Shown one piece after another: positions 26,240 through 39,071 of a stretch of DNA of 64,000 nt; positions within the stretch are counted from its first letter, which is position 1, and each line of letters opens with the position of its first letter. The stretch lies in NCBI RefSeq assembly GCF_009834535.1, contig NC_045697.1, positions 80,478,001 to 80,542,000 on the forward strand. The letters are read 5' to 3'. Position numbers and translations under genes: made by a program. Source of the stretch: Camelus ferus. Its lineage: Eukaryota. The notes under the pieces were generated by a model. That model searched no databases, had not been told where the DNA came from, and saw nothing but the letters and a program-made list of their open reading frames with translations.

Positions 26240-26993
26240 TTTTTCCCCAGCTTTATTGAGATATAATTGACAAATAAAAATTGTGTATATGCAATGTGTT
26301 GTTTTGATGCATACACTGTGAAATGGTTACCACAATGAAGCTACATTTCCATCACCTTACATAGTTATCATTTTTGCAGTAAAAACGTTTAAGATCTACT
26401 CTCTTAGCAAATTTCAGTGTACAATACAGTGTTATTAAATATAATCACTATGCCATACATTAGATCTCCAGAACTTTTCCATCCTGCGTAACTGAAACCT
26501 TGTACCCTTTGACCAACATCTCCCCATTTCCCCTACTCCCCAGCCCTGGCATCCAGATTCTACTCTGCTTCTATGAGTTTGACTTTTTTAGATTCCACAG
26601 GTAAGATCATACCATTTTTGTCTTTCCATGCCTGACTCGTTTCACTTAGCTTACTGCCCTCCAGTTTCACCCATGTTGTCCCAAATGGAAAGACTTCACT
26701 CTTTTTAAAGGTTGAATAATATTCCACATACCACATTTTCTTTATCCATTCATCCATATATGGACACTTAGGTTGATTTTACATCTTTGCTATTGTGGAT
26801 AATGCTGCAAAAAAACATGGGAGTGCAGACATATCTCTTTGAGATACTGATTTTATTTCTTTTGGATATATACCCAGAAGTGGGATTGCTCAGTCATGTG
26901 GCAGTTCCATTTTTAAGTTTTTGTGGAACTTCCATACCATTTTTTTTTATGGCTGTATCAGTCTACATTCTCACTAACAGTGCACAAGAGTTC
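26240..26993 (-). mobile_element. L1 3' end (L1MA8/9-like), 5'-truncated
   Basis: 'ctttattgagatataattgacaaataaaaattg...aagatctactctcttagcaaatttc'; minus ORF 26560-26757 MDEWIKKMWY...PFGTTWVKLE is the L1 ORF2 C-terminus. Confidence 0.95.
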
Positions 26994-27714
26994 ATGAGCT
27001 GGATGTACTTTGTTCCAGCAGAAAATCTTGGTTTTAGTGAGAAAGAGAGTGAAGATCAGACTCCCAGGGCTAGTTTGACTCTAAACTTGAAGGGGGAGTG
27101 GCAAGAGGGAGGCCAGGTGGTCCTAGAGTCTCCAGTATTGTCTGATGATTTCCTAGGTTAGGAGAGATGGTATTGATTTGAGACAAAATCCCTAGCTCAC
27201 AGTGAGTAGTGTACCTTGGCCTGAGCCATCACTGGAATCCAAGGACCAGCACCCATTCAGTTGAGGAGGGAGATGTCCTCCCATGTGACAGAGTAAGCCC
27301 AGTGGAACAGCAACATCCACAACATCCTCACTACAAACTACAAACTGCAAAATGGAAAAACAGAGTCAGTTTCAGAAAAAGATAATTATGTACCAGGCCA
27401 TAGCATCCCGATTTAGATATTCTTGTTAACAAAAAATAAAAAAGGCAATTATGAAGTTCGTCATGTGGTAACTGGGGGAAATCTCCCTGTTCAGCTCTTG
27501 TATTCTTCAGGACAATTTGGTTTCCACTTGGCTACCCAAAGAGAATTGCTCGGCTGCTATAGTAACTGTGTCCCTGGATATATGGCAGTTGACAAAAACA
27601 CTCTTTTTATGCTGATTTTTGTGCTTAGAAATGTAGGCTGGGCTGGTGGGATGGATAAAATTACAAGCTGGATATAAAATTGCTGTAAGACAATGTTATA
27701 ACATTCCTCTCCTT

Positions 27715-28860
27715 ATCTCACGCCTCACATCACATTTATCACCAAATCCTGTCAACTTCATCACGCCCACCCTGATCTAAGCCATCACCATTTCTCACCG
27801 GGATTTTGCAGTAGCCCCCAAATTGGTTTGTTTCTCCTTTTGTCTTTATTCCTTCTACTCTCTAAACAGCTGTCAGATTGATCCTTTGAAAATATAATTC
27901 AGATTACTTTATTTCTTTGATTTAAATCCCCCAATGGTACGTTAGTCTGCTCTTGCTTCAAAAAGGTCACTTAACAAACCACCCTGACCCTCAGGAGTTT
28001 ACAAGAAGAAGTGTTCATTTTTCTTGTCCACAGGTCAGTTGGGGTGGCTCTGCTTCAAGCTCCAGAATGGATTCTGGTTGCTCCATGACTTTTATTCTGG
28101 GCCTTGGCTGAAGAGGCAATGACTTCCTGGAGCCTACTCTTCTAATGGTAATCAGGGGAGCCCCAGGAGCCAAGATAACCCATCTGAAAACACTTAAGGC
28201 CTCTGCTTGTGTCACGTTTGCTAACAATCCATTGACCAAAACAAGCCACATGCATCAATGGTGGGAGGAAACATTCTCTACACACGTGGAAGGAAGGGTA
28301 CCACAAGAAACTATCGCTAAGGGTGTGAGTGTATAATCCTATTATGAGCGAGTGAAAAATTGGGACCAACAATCAAATCTCCCCAGAATAGCATCCCATG
28401 GCACTCAGCAAAAGCCCAAAACGACAGCCCTTACCACAGCTTACAACAACCTGTATGATCTGGTGTCTGGCTACCTTTCTGAAGTAATTTCTTACCACTT
28501 TTCTCCTTTCTCTCTTTGTTGCAGATGCTCTGCTCCTTTTTTAATTCCTTGAACCATCAAGCATATGCTTGCCCCAAGATGTTTGCATCCATTATTCCTT
28601 CTGCCTGAGATCCTCCCCACACCCTTGCGCCCCTCCCTCAACTTCCCCTCGTCCTGGGCTCTGCTCAAATGTCCTTTCCTAAGAAAAGCTTTCCCCAGCC
28701 ACACTGTTTAACGTAGTAGCACTTGCCAAACTCTTTCTTTCTTAACCTGCCTAATTCTCTTTTCATAGCATTCAGCACAACCTATCATGTACTCTAAACT
28801 ATTTATTGGATTTTTTTCTGTCTCTTCCATAAGTTCTGGGAAGACAGGGACACAGAAATC
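27715..28860 (+). mobile_element. L2 element interrupted by MLT1
   Basis: 'atcaccaaatcctgtcaacttc...gccatcaccatttctcacc' and 'ctctgctcaaatgtcctttcctaagaaaagctttccc'. Confidence 0.75.
27937..28385 (-). mobile_element. MaLR LTR (MLT1I/J-like) nested in L2
   Basis: 'taacaaaccaccctgaccctcaggagtttac...tttgctaacaatccattgaccaaaacaagccacatg'. Confidence 0.75.
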
Positions 28861-31071
28861 CCTCCATAGATTTTTACATTTAAACTTCTTGCACAGATGG
28901 AAAATACTGATCTGAGAGTCATTTTTGACTTGTATTTTCCCTTCCAAGTAGTTCTCGTCAGGTTTTTGAAATTGAAGGCGGCTCGGGGATTTTGTATGAG
29001 CTTCCATTAATCACTGCTTGAGTCCATGCGCTTTGGAGTATTCGTGCATTTGTACCAGGTATTGGCCAACTTTGAATATTGGGTGCCACGTTTCCAACTC
29101 CTGCTTTTGGGGGTTTTTACTTTTTTTTTTGAGGTGTGGATGTTCCCTGTGAATATAGTGTGTGTCTATTTGAGTATACAGTTGGTATTACTCTCCAGGT
29201 CTGGGGGTTTAACTGAGAGTAAGTAATCCAGTCCTTGGGAGAAGTATTGAACCAGCCACTTTCAGAAACCAGCTCTCTTTAACAAGAGGTGCATGGGAGA
29301 GCTGTAGATGGCCGCAGGCCCAGTTCCTACTGGGCCCGTCCAGCAACAGCATGCACCCCATGGGTGGATAAGCCTCCCCATATGTGTGCCAAACCTACAG
29401 TATCCTGTACCTACTCTGCGGGCCAGGCCTAACCCAAAATCATTTGCAAGGAGATGGCATGTGTGGGAGAAGCATTGGAGTCATTTCCAAAAAAAGAGCT
29501 CCTTATCAGGGTATAATCTGAGATAAAGTCAGGAAGAAGAACTGTGATTTGGAGTACAGGGAGTGAAGCCAAAAGTCTAGAAATGGGATGGCAGCCAATT
29601 GATGTGTCAGGCTTAACAGCAAGGGAAGCAGGGAACAAGTAAGGTTAATCATGGGATAACAAGAAAAAGAGCAAGGTACAGCGGGGTAGTTCTGAGAGTC
29701 ACTCTGTGACAGCATCATGCAGGCCATGGCGTTCCTTTCAGGCACAGCTTGTAACTGAGCTGGACCAGGCGTATCAGGTTGTGTGCTCTGTATTTTTATA
29801 GAGATTATGGTTCAATTAATTAATTTATTTTTAATCACCATTATTATTTAGTAGAAAAGCATAATTCAAAAGTTAGTGTGTGTAGGTTCCGGTGTTTGAA
29901 GGAGTCTGAGTTGCAAAATACAAAATTCAAAAGTGTGTTTAAAAGTTCTACCTCAAGTCACATGGTCCATGAACACTTAGTCCTAATACACAGGACTGAT
30001 GCTACTTCAATTAAAGGTGAAAGAGAAAGGAAGTGAGAATAGATAATTGGGTTTGTTTCTGAACCCCAATTTTTTCTTTTGGAACTCTAACAATGTATTT
30101 AGATCCTAATCGAGGTGACATTTAATGTAATATACATTGATAAATTATTAAAGTATGTACACGGTTTAAGTAAAACATTTTTGTATATAACCAATAAATA
30201 TTTCAATGTCTTTCTATTTTAATTTATCTTCACCATCATTGAATCTTTATTTGTAGCTTTAGCTCAGTATGCTGAGATAAAGGACAAACGTTTGAAAATT
30301 ATATTTACAACGTTAAAGATAATGGTAAGCAAAGAACCTATTCATGTAGTTGTTTGGGGCATCAGGTAGTTTTAAATAAACACTGGATAAAATTGTGCTT
30401 CACTAATTCAGGCTGATTTACTCAGTTTTTTCTCTTTGTGGAAATCACATAGCCCAGGGAAAAATCTATCTGAGACACTGATAAGGCACACTTTCTAGGA
30501 TTGTTTAGGGTTCATAAAATTACTACTTTTACTCTGCCTGATAGCATTTTATTTCTATTAGGTTCCTTTTCTATATTTTCTCTCTTTCTAAATTAGTTTT
30601 AGGCAGTGGACACTTTCATATCAACTGTTTTAAATAATATAAGTACTTCCTTGCTTATTCATGTTAAGTCTTTATCGTGGTGCCTGGCACAAAATTCTCT
30701 AACATTAGTGTCTATACTCTTCCCAGACCTACACATTTCCTTGTCATTTTCCATGTTCCCTCATTCAAAAAATATTTATTGAGTGCCAGACAGGCTCATA
30801 AAAAACTATACAATAATGAACCAGTGGGTTGTGCTATTGAAGAGTCAAAGCCAAGATTCTGACCAAATACTATGGTCCATTTTTATTTCCTAGTACATCT
30901 AACAGAATTGTATGTTTTCAGTTTTAGTTTTCAATGGTTCTGTAAGCAAAAGCTCCTATTAATTTCCCAAATCCTGACTAATTTTCTTAAAATAAAAAGT
31001 TATTCATTATTCATTTATACTCACATACAACTAATTTTTCATTATATATCATTAATTTATAACAGTGTTAC

Positions 31072-31503
31072 TGTATTAGTTATTTATGACTGTGTCACAA
31101 ATCATCCCTAACCCCTCACAGCTTGAAACAAAGTGTTTACTATCTGACAAAGTTTCTGAGGTCTGGAATTCAGAAGCACCTTAGCTAGGTGGTTCTGGCT
31201 CAGGACTTCTCACCAGGTTATAGACAAAGTGTCTGAAGGTTTGACTGGGCTGGAGGATCTGCTTCCCAGATGCATCTATCTCATGACTTTTGGCAGGAGA
31301 TCCCTCTGTAGGGCTGCTTGATGTAGCATCTAGCTTCTCTCAGAATTAGCAATCCAAGAGCCAGAGAGCAAGGGGCAAAGCCACCATAGCCTATTCTTAG
31401 TGATTAAGTCCAGCCCACACTCATAGTAAGGAGAATTAGTCTTTACCCTTCAAAATGAGAAGTGTTGTCTATGAATTTGTGAACATATCTTAAAACTACC
31501 ACA
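31072..31503 (-). mobile_element. MaLR LTR (MLT1F/G-like)
   Basis: 'tgtattagttatttatgactgtgtcacaaatcatccc...ttagctaggtggttctggctcagg...aagtccagcccacactc...aaactaccaca'. Confidence 0.85.
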
Positions 31504-32714
31504 AATCATAGAATCATTAAAGCTATCTGAGTCATTCTCCTACTTTTGCAAATCAGGAAACTGAGTCCCAGAGATGTGATGGCATGCAAAAGCTCTTATC
31601 CTTCATACTTCTGCCTTATATAGAATTGAATCCTTTCTTTTCCTACCTGAGGTTTTTGAACATTCTGGCTTCTGGCTTTTGTTGATGTTCCTTCTGTCCC
31701 TTTCACTGCTTTCCATCTCATAAATAAATATTAATAGATGCTTACCTATAAATTCTTCATAAGTAAAGAACACTTATTACTCACATTTTTATCCCTAATG
31801 CCTGGCACAGAGCCTGACACATAGTAGAAACTCAAATGTGTATCAATTTGTACTAAGCTGGTCAATATTTGTTCACCTTCCACTGGCATGCCATTTAAGT
31901 TGCTGTGCTATTGTTTGAAGTCTTAGGTTTAAAATAGCCAGAGGATATTTCTTAATTCCATTTTACAGTCCTTAAGTAAAGGATGTGTACATTTGATCAT
32001 GGCAATGTTGAGGCAGATTGCAGCAATGGTCGAGAAAAATGTTCCTTGCCTGCCATTATTCTGCTAATTCTGTAGTAGGAGATGAAAAGGTATCTTTGTG
32101 AAAGGGAATGAAAATATTTAATGGGTTCATTAATGGCTATAGAATTTAAATTGGTAACATTAAATAGAATCTGATTATCTGAAAGATGGAATCAGCTACT
32201 TCTCAGATGTCAGGCTTTGCTAACAGCTAGTGTAAACACCACCATAACAGTAACTCGATCAGGGTACAAATTTTATTCAACAAATGAATATGAATGAATG
32301 AGTGGTGAAGGAAAGACATTGTGTTTCATTCCCTATTCTTCATACCAGAGTGGAGGAAAGTCATGGAAGTACCATCCCAGTGTTGAAATAAGTCTACATG
32401 TAAGAGGTAAATCTTCTCATCTGCTGCTGGCTGATTCCATCCATCCTGTTGCTTTCAGGGGGCACAGTGCATCTCCAAATCGGGTCTCTGAGTCTATTAG
32501 GGGATTAGAAGCAATTGGGGCTGGACTCCCACTGTAGCTCTGTCTCACTCTGTTCTCTCTAGTGACATAGTTTCTAATTGCTATGGGCTCTTCACTAATG
32601 TATTCATTTAGTCATCATTTGTTAAGCACTGTATACATGATAGACGTTGTACTAAGGACCTTACAAACTTAAAAACTATAAATCAGATATATTCTATGGT
32701 ACTAAAGATCTAAT

Positions 32715-32945
32715 AATAACATCTACTTGTTTAGTGTTTTCCAAAGGCCAAGCTAATTTATGCATCTGACCTTCATTCATTGACATTGGCAGGGTAGATA
32801 TTAAACCCATTTTACAGATGAGGAAAGTTAAGACTAAGAGCATTTAAAGGATTTGTACTCAAGGATTGTAGACCAGGAAGTGTCAAATCTGAGCTCAAAC
32901 TCAGGTAGCCCAATCTTACATAGAATCTGTTTTCTGTACACAAGG
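32715..32945 (-). mobile_element. MIR SINE
   Basis: 'cccattttacagatgaggaaagttaagact'. Confidence 0.75.
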
Positions 32946-33407
32946 CACAGCCCCTAGCCCAGAGCTGATGTTCAAAAATGTCCACTGATTTGAAAACGAG
33001 GGCACAATTACTAAAATTCAAGGATGTTTATAGTTCTGGAGGAATGTTGCAAACAAATGTTTCTTTGGATACCAAGTATAAAATGTGAGCTCAGTTACAT
33101 CTCAGGATAATCTATTCAGGCCTCAGAAAAGGAATATGGGAAAAAAGTTTCTGTGGGCCAGTACTGTCTCTTAAGAATCTTTTTTTGTTTGTTTGTTTTA
33201 AACACTTAAAAAATACGCATTTGGTATAGTTAAAAATGTATTTAGTCCCACCATCACCTATATTGCTACTTTCTTTTCCTTTTATTCACCATCTTATTTT
33301 GCCTACTTTCCCTCATTGTTTTGGTCTCACTTCTAAAAGGGAAGAGAAAATTAACTTAAAAAAAAAAGGGTGTAAGATGTAAAATTTCTTCAGATGCTTC
33401 TTACCTT

Positions 33408-33793
33408 TGTTAAAAAAGAAACAACAGGCCCGAAAATGGAGTCTCCTGTGCTAAGCCCCACATCCGCAAACCAAAATTTACTATCTAAGCTAGTTTCAGC
33501 CTCTCCTAGAAATGGGACCTTTAACCAGGCAATCTGGAATTACCTGGTCAGCACTAATGAGGTAACCTGCCTGTTGGCCCCTGCCTTCCCACAAAGGAAG
33601 GCAACCTTGTCTGAAACAATCCACTCTTTGCCAGAAGCTTCCTTTTTCCACCCCTCTTCTACCTATAAAACCTTCCATTTTGTATAGCTCCTCAAAGCTC
33701 CTGTCTGTTTGTTAGATGGAATGCTATCTGATTTATTTTGAATAAAGCCAATTAGATCTTTAAATTTACTCAGTTCGAATTTTCTTTTTAACA
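33408..33793 (+). mobile_element. ERV1-class solo LTR
   Basis: TGTTAAAAA...TTTTTAACA terminal inverted repeat; 'aaaatggagtc' start motif; TATA 'cctataaaa'; AATAAA; 4-bp TSD cctt/cctg (1 mismatch). Confidence 0.9.
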
Positions 33794-35129
33794 CCTGGTG
33801 GCTATTCATGTCTTATTTATGTAAGAATATCAGGTCTGTGGGAAACCATGTTCTCAAGTATGTTTGATTAAATGAGCTACTCACTTTATGGATATATGAG
33901 AAAGTAATAGTGTTAAATCCAACACATATATTTGTATTACATAAAGTTTAAACCTATAATTTCTCTAGTCCAGTTTCAGCTTTACTTTTTTTTTTTTAAT
34001 GCTATTTTCCCTGGAGAAGTAGAAATGGCACCTCAAGGCCAAAGGGGAAATTACTTCACAGAAGCTATGTAACTTAATTGGATTTATTTTTAATAATGTG
34101 TGACATGAAAAGGTTAATTTGAAATGTTAAGAAGCAGTAAATTCCTTGGAGAATTCACTAAAAATTAGCTTTACTTTACACATTATTTTGCTATACTATG
34201 TTTCTTGCCTGAGGGTCATTTGGTACTGAAGCCCAAACTAGCACGTATAAAATAATGAGAAGAAATAATATCACATAAAAAAGACAAAATTTCACATTTA
34301 AGTGCCTTTTATAATATAAATTAAAGCACCACTTAAAATATTTTTTCATTATCTTCTGTTTTTTTAGTATATCCTCTAAGTTTCAGAGCATTTTTAAAAT
34401 TCAGTGCCCTGAAACTTACATAATTTAGTTAGTAATCTGACAAAAGACAAGATAATTAGATTTAACATAAGAACAATTTTTACTTGCTTTTCTTTCATTA
34501 TAGTGAGTTCCTTTTTGATTTGCTTTTTGGATTATTCCTAAATATAGTTTTGAAATATTTCCTTTAGTACATTTAAGTCTATGTTTTGAAGCTGATAAAA
34601 TAAACTGAGAAATGTTTAACACTCCTGGTCAGAATTTAAATATTTTATATTAGTATTCCAATAAAGTGAAACAAAATAATTATATTTTATGGTAGACAAT
34701 TCACTAGCTATTGACCCAGTAATAAGTCAACTTGTAATTAAAATAGTTTCAAGATCATAACTTCAATATTATTTATTAATTCATTCACCTGTCGAATATT
34801 AAATGTTTTAGTTCCTTCCAAAATACACAGTTTATACTAATTATCAGTATAAACTCTACTAATATCTAAAGCAAGTATTAGCAGTATCAGATAGGACTAT
34901 GATTTAGGCTAATGTTTTTGTATTGCAAGAATTTCCTCCAGAATTCAAATTCAAGCAAATTCCTTTAATAAAATAAATCTCTTCACAGCTACCTATAAGA
35001 GTGAAAAATACGAGCTGCAGACTCCCTTTAAGTACAAAGGGAAAACAGGGCGATTCAGATCTAACCCGGAAAAGCCAAGATGGAGGATTGCTTAGGGCAA
35101 ATAACACGTTAGTATTAGTAGTAGTTAGG

Positions 35130-35410
35130 TAGGGTTAGCCTGCTGAATGCAAACACAGATTCCAACTCCACCACTGGTGTAACTGGGCAACTCAGTTAAC
35201 CTCTCTCAACGTGTTTCCTTTTTGGGGAACACCAACCCTCCCAGAGCATTGTTTGGAGGCCTAAACAGAGTAAAACTGTCTTTGTTGATCCATTCATTTT
35301 TCACTTGGTAAATATTTATTGCATGCCTTTATATTAGGCACTAGACTCCCATATACTAGTGGATGAAGCAGACAAGGACTCTCCTTTTAGGAATTTTATC
35401 ATAGTGGAGG
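35130..35410. mobile_element. MIR (+) followed by L2 tail (-)
   Basis: 'tgtaactgggcaactcagttaacctctct' then 'aaatatttattgcatgcctttatattaggcact'. Confidence 0.65.
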
Positions 35411-36539
35411 AGTATTGGCTCACTGTTGTGGATGGTTATTAAACATCCCTAGAAAAAAATAGGCAAAAATATTTAGGGAAGTTCCAAGGGATAGAAGCAT
35501 TTCTAGTTTTCACCAGATTTCTGTGCTAAGTTCAAACATTGTTTCCATTTAAGTTTTATTGACTGGGTTTATATTATTATACTCATGTTCTTTGGAGATT
35601 CGAAGTGAAGAAAAGACTCTGGGTTATTGATAATTATTCTCCAAATGTAGGAGCAGCATGATGCACTGGCAGGCGTCAGATCAAGAGTGAGGAAATACGA
35701 TTTTGATCAATTTTTCTAAAACTATTGCAATGATAATTCACTTAATCTCCTTGTGACTTGAATTCTGCAGTTGCTAAATGAACGGCCTGGCCATGGTCTT
35801 TTAAAGAAAATCATATCAACAAATATTTATTCTGTGTGCAAAATATGTTACAACATTCTACAGGTTATAGAGAGAGAAGGAAAGATAGTTGAAAGAGAGT
35901 TTTCAATCCATCTAGTATTCAAAAGATGATAAGACTTAAAATGAGGCTGAAATAGAAGATATCATATGACAGGAAATGCTTAATTGCTAAAAGAATGATG
36001 CATATAATATGTTCTATAGGACATAAGATGGGAAAAATACTAATTTAGACTATAAAGAGCAGGGAAAAATTTATAATAAATAGGAGACGGCACTGATTTT
36101 TGAAAGGTGGGCATTTAAATAGATGAAGAATGTCCAACTGGAGAGAACTTCTAAAGACATTTGAGGGTCTATAATCCCCTTTAGGAACTAGCGAAAAAAT
36201 TATCATCATCTAGACTAAATGGATGGACAGGACATGTTTTCTTAAACAGTGACTAATCTCTCTCTAAAAAGTTCCATTTAGTATGCCTTTAGGAATTCCT
36301 TACATGCTACTAACAAAAGGACACAAGCATACACAGAAACGCATACATACCATGTCATTCCCTGTCAGATACTTAGTAGTGAACGATGCCTTAGTTCAGC
36401 ACTTTTTGTTTGCTGGCTGGTAACTGCCAACTTACTAAAGTCCATTCCTTATTTATAAATGAAATTGTGATCTCCTAAATGTTCTCCACAAGTAGTTAGG
36501 AGTATGAATGTTGAAACTGGACTGACTATTTTTACATTC

Positions 36540-36735
36540 TCGTCTCACCATCTACAACGTGTTTGACTTTGGGCAAGCTACTTAATCTCTCTGCCCCTTA
36601 GTTTTCACTTTAATAAAATGAGGATAATAATAGTATCCATTACACAGGGTTGTTGGAAAAAAATTAGTTAACATAAAAGTATCTTAAAGGGAGCCTGGCA
36701 TGCAGTAAGTTTTATATGCATGTGAGCTACTTATA
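36540..36735 (+). mobile_element. MIR SINE
   Basis: 'gactttgggcaagctacttaatctctctgccccttagttttcactttaataaaatgaggataataatagta'. Confidence 0.85.
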
Positions 36736-36767
36736 AACACACACACACACACATAAAAGCATTTACA

Positions 36768-37670
36768 GATCAAAACCACAATGAGGTATCACGTCACACA
36801 GATCTGCATGGCAATCATCAAAAAATAAACAAATAATAAAATCTGGAGAGGTGTGGAAAAAAGGGAGCCATTGTGCACTGTTGCTGGAATGTAAACTGAT
36901 ATAACCACTATGAAAAACAGTATGGAGGTTCCTTTAAAAACTTAGAGCTACCATATGATCCAACAATCCCACTCCTGGACATTTATCTGGAGAAGATGAA
37001 AACTCTAATTCAAATAGATACATGTACCCCAATGTTCATAGCAGCACTACTTTTTATTTTTTAGGTATGTAGTGGTATCTCACTGGGGTTTTAATTTGCA
37101 TTTCTCTAATCACTTATGATGTTGAGCTTCTTCTCATATCATAGCAGCACTGTTTACAATAGTCAAGATGTAGAAACAACTCAAGTGCTCATCAACAGAT
37201 GATTGGCTTAAGAAGATGTGGTATATAAATATACAATGGAATATTAGTCATAAGAAAGAATGAAATTTTGCATTTGTAGCAACATGGGTGGATATAGATA
37301 ATGTCATACTAAGTGAGGTAAGTCAGAGAGAGAAAGCTAAATATTGTATCACTTGCATGTAGAATCTAAAAAATAGTACACGTGAGTCTATGTTGCAAGA
37401 TAGAAACAGACTCACAGATGTGCGTTACCAAAGGGGAGGTGGAGGGAGGAATAAATCAGGAGTATAGGATTAACAGATACAAACTACTATACATAAAATA
37501 GACAAGCAACAAGGATTTACTGTATAGCACAGAGAACTATATTCAATATCTTGTAATAACCTATAATGAAAAAGAATCTGAAAGAAAAAAATATATATAA
37601 CTGAATCACTTTGCTGTATACCTGAAACTAACACAATATTGTAAATCAACTATATTTCAATAAAATACAA
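36768..37670 (+). mobile_element. 5'-truncated L1 (ORF2 C-terminus, 3'UTR and A tail), cetartiodactyl-type 3' end
   Basis: 'aaaaccacaatgaggtatcac...ccatatgatccaacaatcccactcctgg...ctgaatcactttgctgtatacctgaaactaacacaatattgtaaatcaactatatttcaataaaa'. Confidence 0.95.
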
Positions 37671-37777
37671 ATATTTATATACTTAAATATATAAAACAAA
37701 TACATTAGCATATATATGACAGTTGCTAGCACCCTTTATATATATAAATTTGTTTATACATGTAAAGAATGCTAGCA

Positions 37778-37859
37778 CCAGAAATTAACACAACATTGTA
37801 AACCAACTATACGTCAGTAAGAAAATAAAATAGATAAATAAATAAAAAGACAAAGAAAA
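37778..37859 (+). mobile_element. Extremely truncated L1 3' tail insertion
   Basis: 'ccagaaattaacacaacattgtaaaccaactatac' plus A-rich tail; perfect 14-bp TSD aaagaatgctagca at 37764-37777 and 37860-37873. Confidence 0.9.
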
Positions 37860-38098
37860 AAAGAATGCTAGCAACTGTTAAATTATAACACTGTAATTGT
37901 TATGTTTAATAATAATTTTCAGTTATAGAATGATCATTATTGAAGACCTAATATTAACACTTAGTGATAGAGATAAAAATGAAAACTAGAAGCTCTGCAA
38001 TACTGCATTAGAAAAAGATAAAATTGAAATGTGCTCAGAAACACTTTCAATATTGGCCTTGTAAACCACAGCATGGTTTACATTTCTTGTCAAAGCTG

Positions 38099-38165
38099 CA
38101 GTGTTTCTCAAAGTCAACTCTAGAGCCATCGGAATCACTTAATATGCAGATAACCTCAGGAGGCA
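38099..38165. mobile_element. hAT-Charlie (MER5-like) fragment
   Basis: 'cagtgtttctcaaagt...atcggaatcact...aatatgcagat'. Confidence 0.5.
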
Positions 38166-38597
38166 GTGTAAACTGATGGGATCTCTGGCTTTGTTCATCT
38201 AGAAATGTTAAAATTTCATTGGTTTGGGTGAACTCTGCCGTCTTTAGCAGCTCCTTCTCTCCTATTTACACTTGCCTAGATTAAATGAGGCTACAGACTT
38301 TTAAAAAAGTAGGTGCTTTTGCTTAGCAGGTTTGGGTTCACTATGTTAAGTGAGAAAGAAGTCAAGCATGCATTATAAATGCATTTGGCTACTAATGTGC
38401 GAAGCAAAATTTCATATTTTATTTATAATTTGTTGTGATGAACGACCTGATTCAAAATACAAATATAGGCACAGAACCACTGTTCATAAAATGACATCTG
38501 ATTTTTTATGACATTTTGATTCTATGAAAGAGGACTGGTATTATTTGGGAAATGTTCTTTTTTTTTTTTAATTGTTTTTTAAAATACTGAAGCCTAG

Positions 38598-39071
38598 TGT
38601 GAATGAAAATACTGCAACCATATCAGTAAATAAAGAATGCTGAAACCAAGGAATCAGTGGCTGCCGCCACCCCCTAGTGAGGACAGGCCTGCAGCCCGGC
38701 CTCAGCAGCCACTCACAATGGTGCCCTCTGAGGGGACTCAGAATAAGAAAGGACAAAATAATGGCCCTAGATAGCTAGAGGCTTATCAAAGGAATGAATT
38801 CAATGAGCCCAGATGTTTGCTTCCTCCCATACAAAGAAAAGCACTAAATTCTTTAACTTGAGATGCCTGGTTTTCTTTAGATAACATGTAATCTTTTATT
38901 GTTCCAACTACCTGGTCTTTGTTGTAAAGCTCCTATTTATCTTAGCTCCTCCCCTACCTCTTCGGAGCAGTCCCGCAGAGTGATCTGAAAGGCTGTCATC
39001 CTAGCTCCAGTCGTCACGCCAAATAAAACATAACTCTCAACTTTAAGGCTGCGCATTTATTTCAGTTGATA
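38598..39071 (+). mobile_element. ERV1-class solo LTR
   Basis: TG start, 'aaataaacataactctcaact' polyA signal, ends 'ttcagttgata'; perfect 4-bp TSD ctag at 38594-38597 and 39072-39075. Confidence 0.9.
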
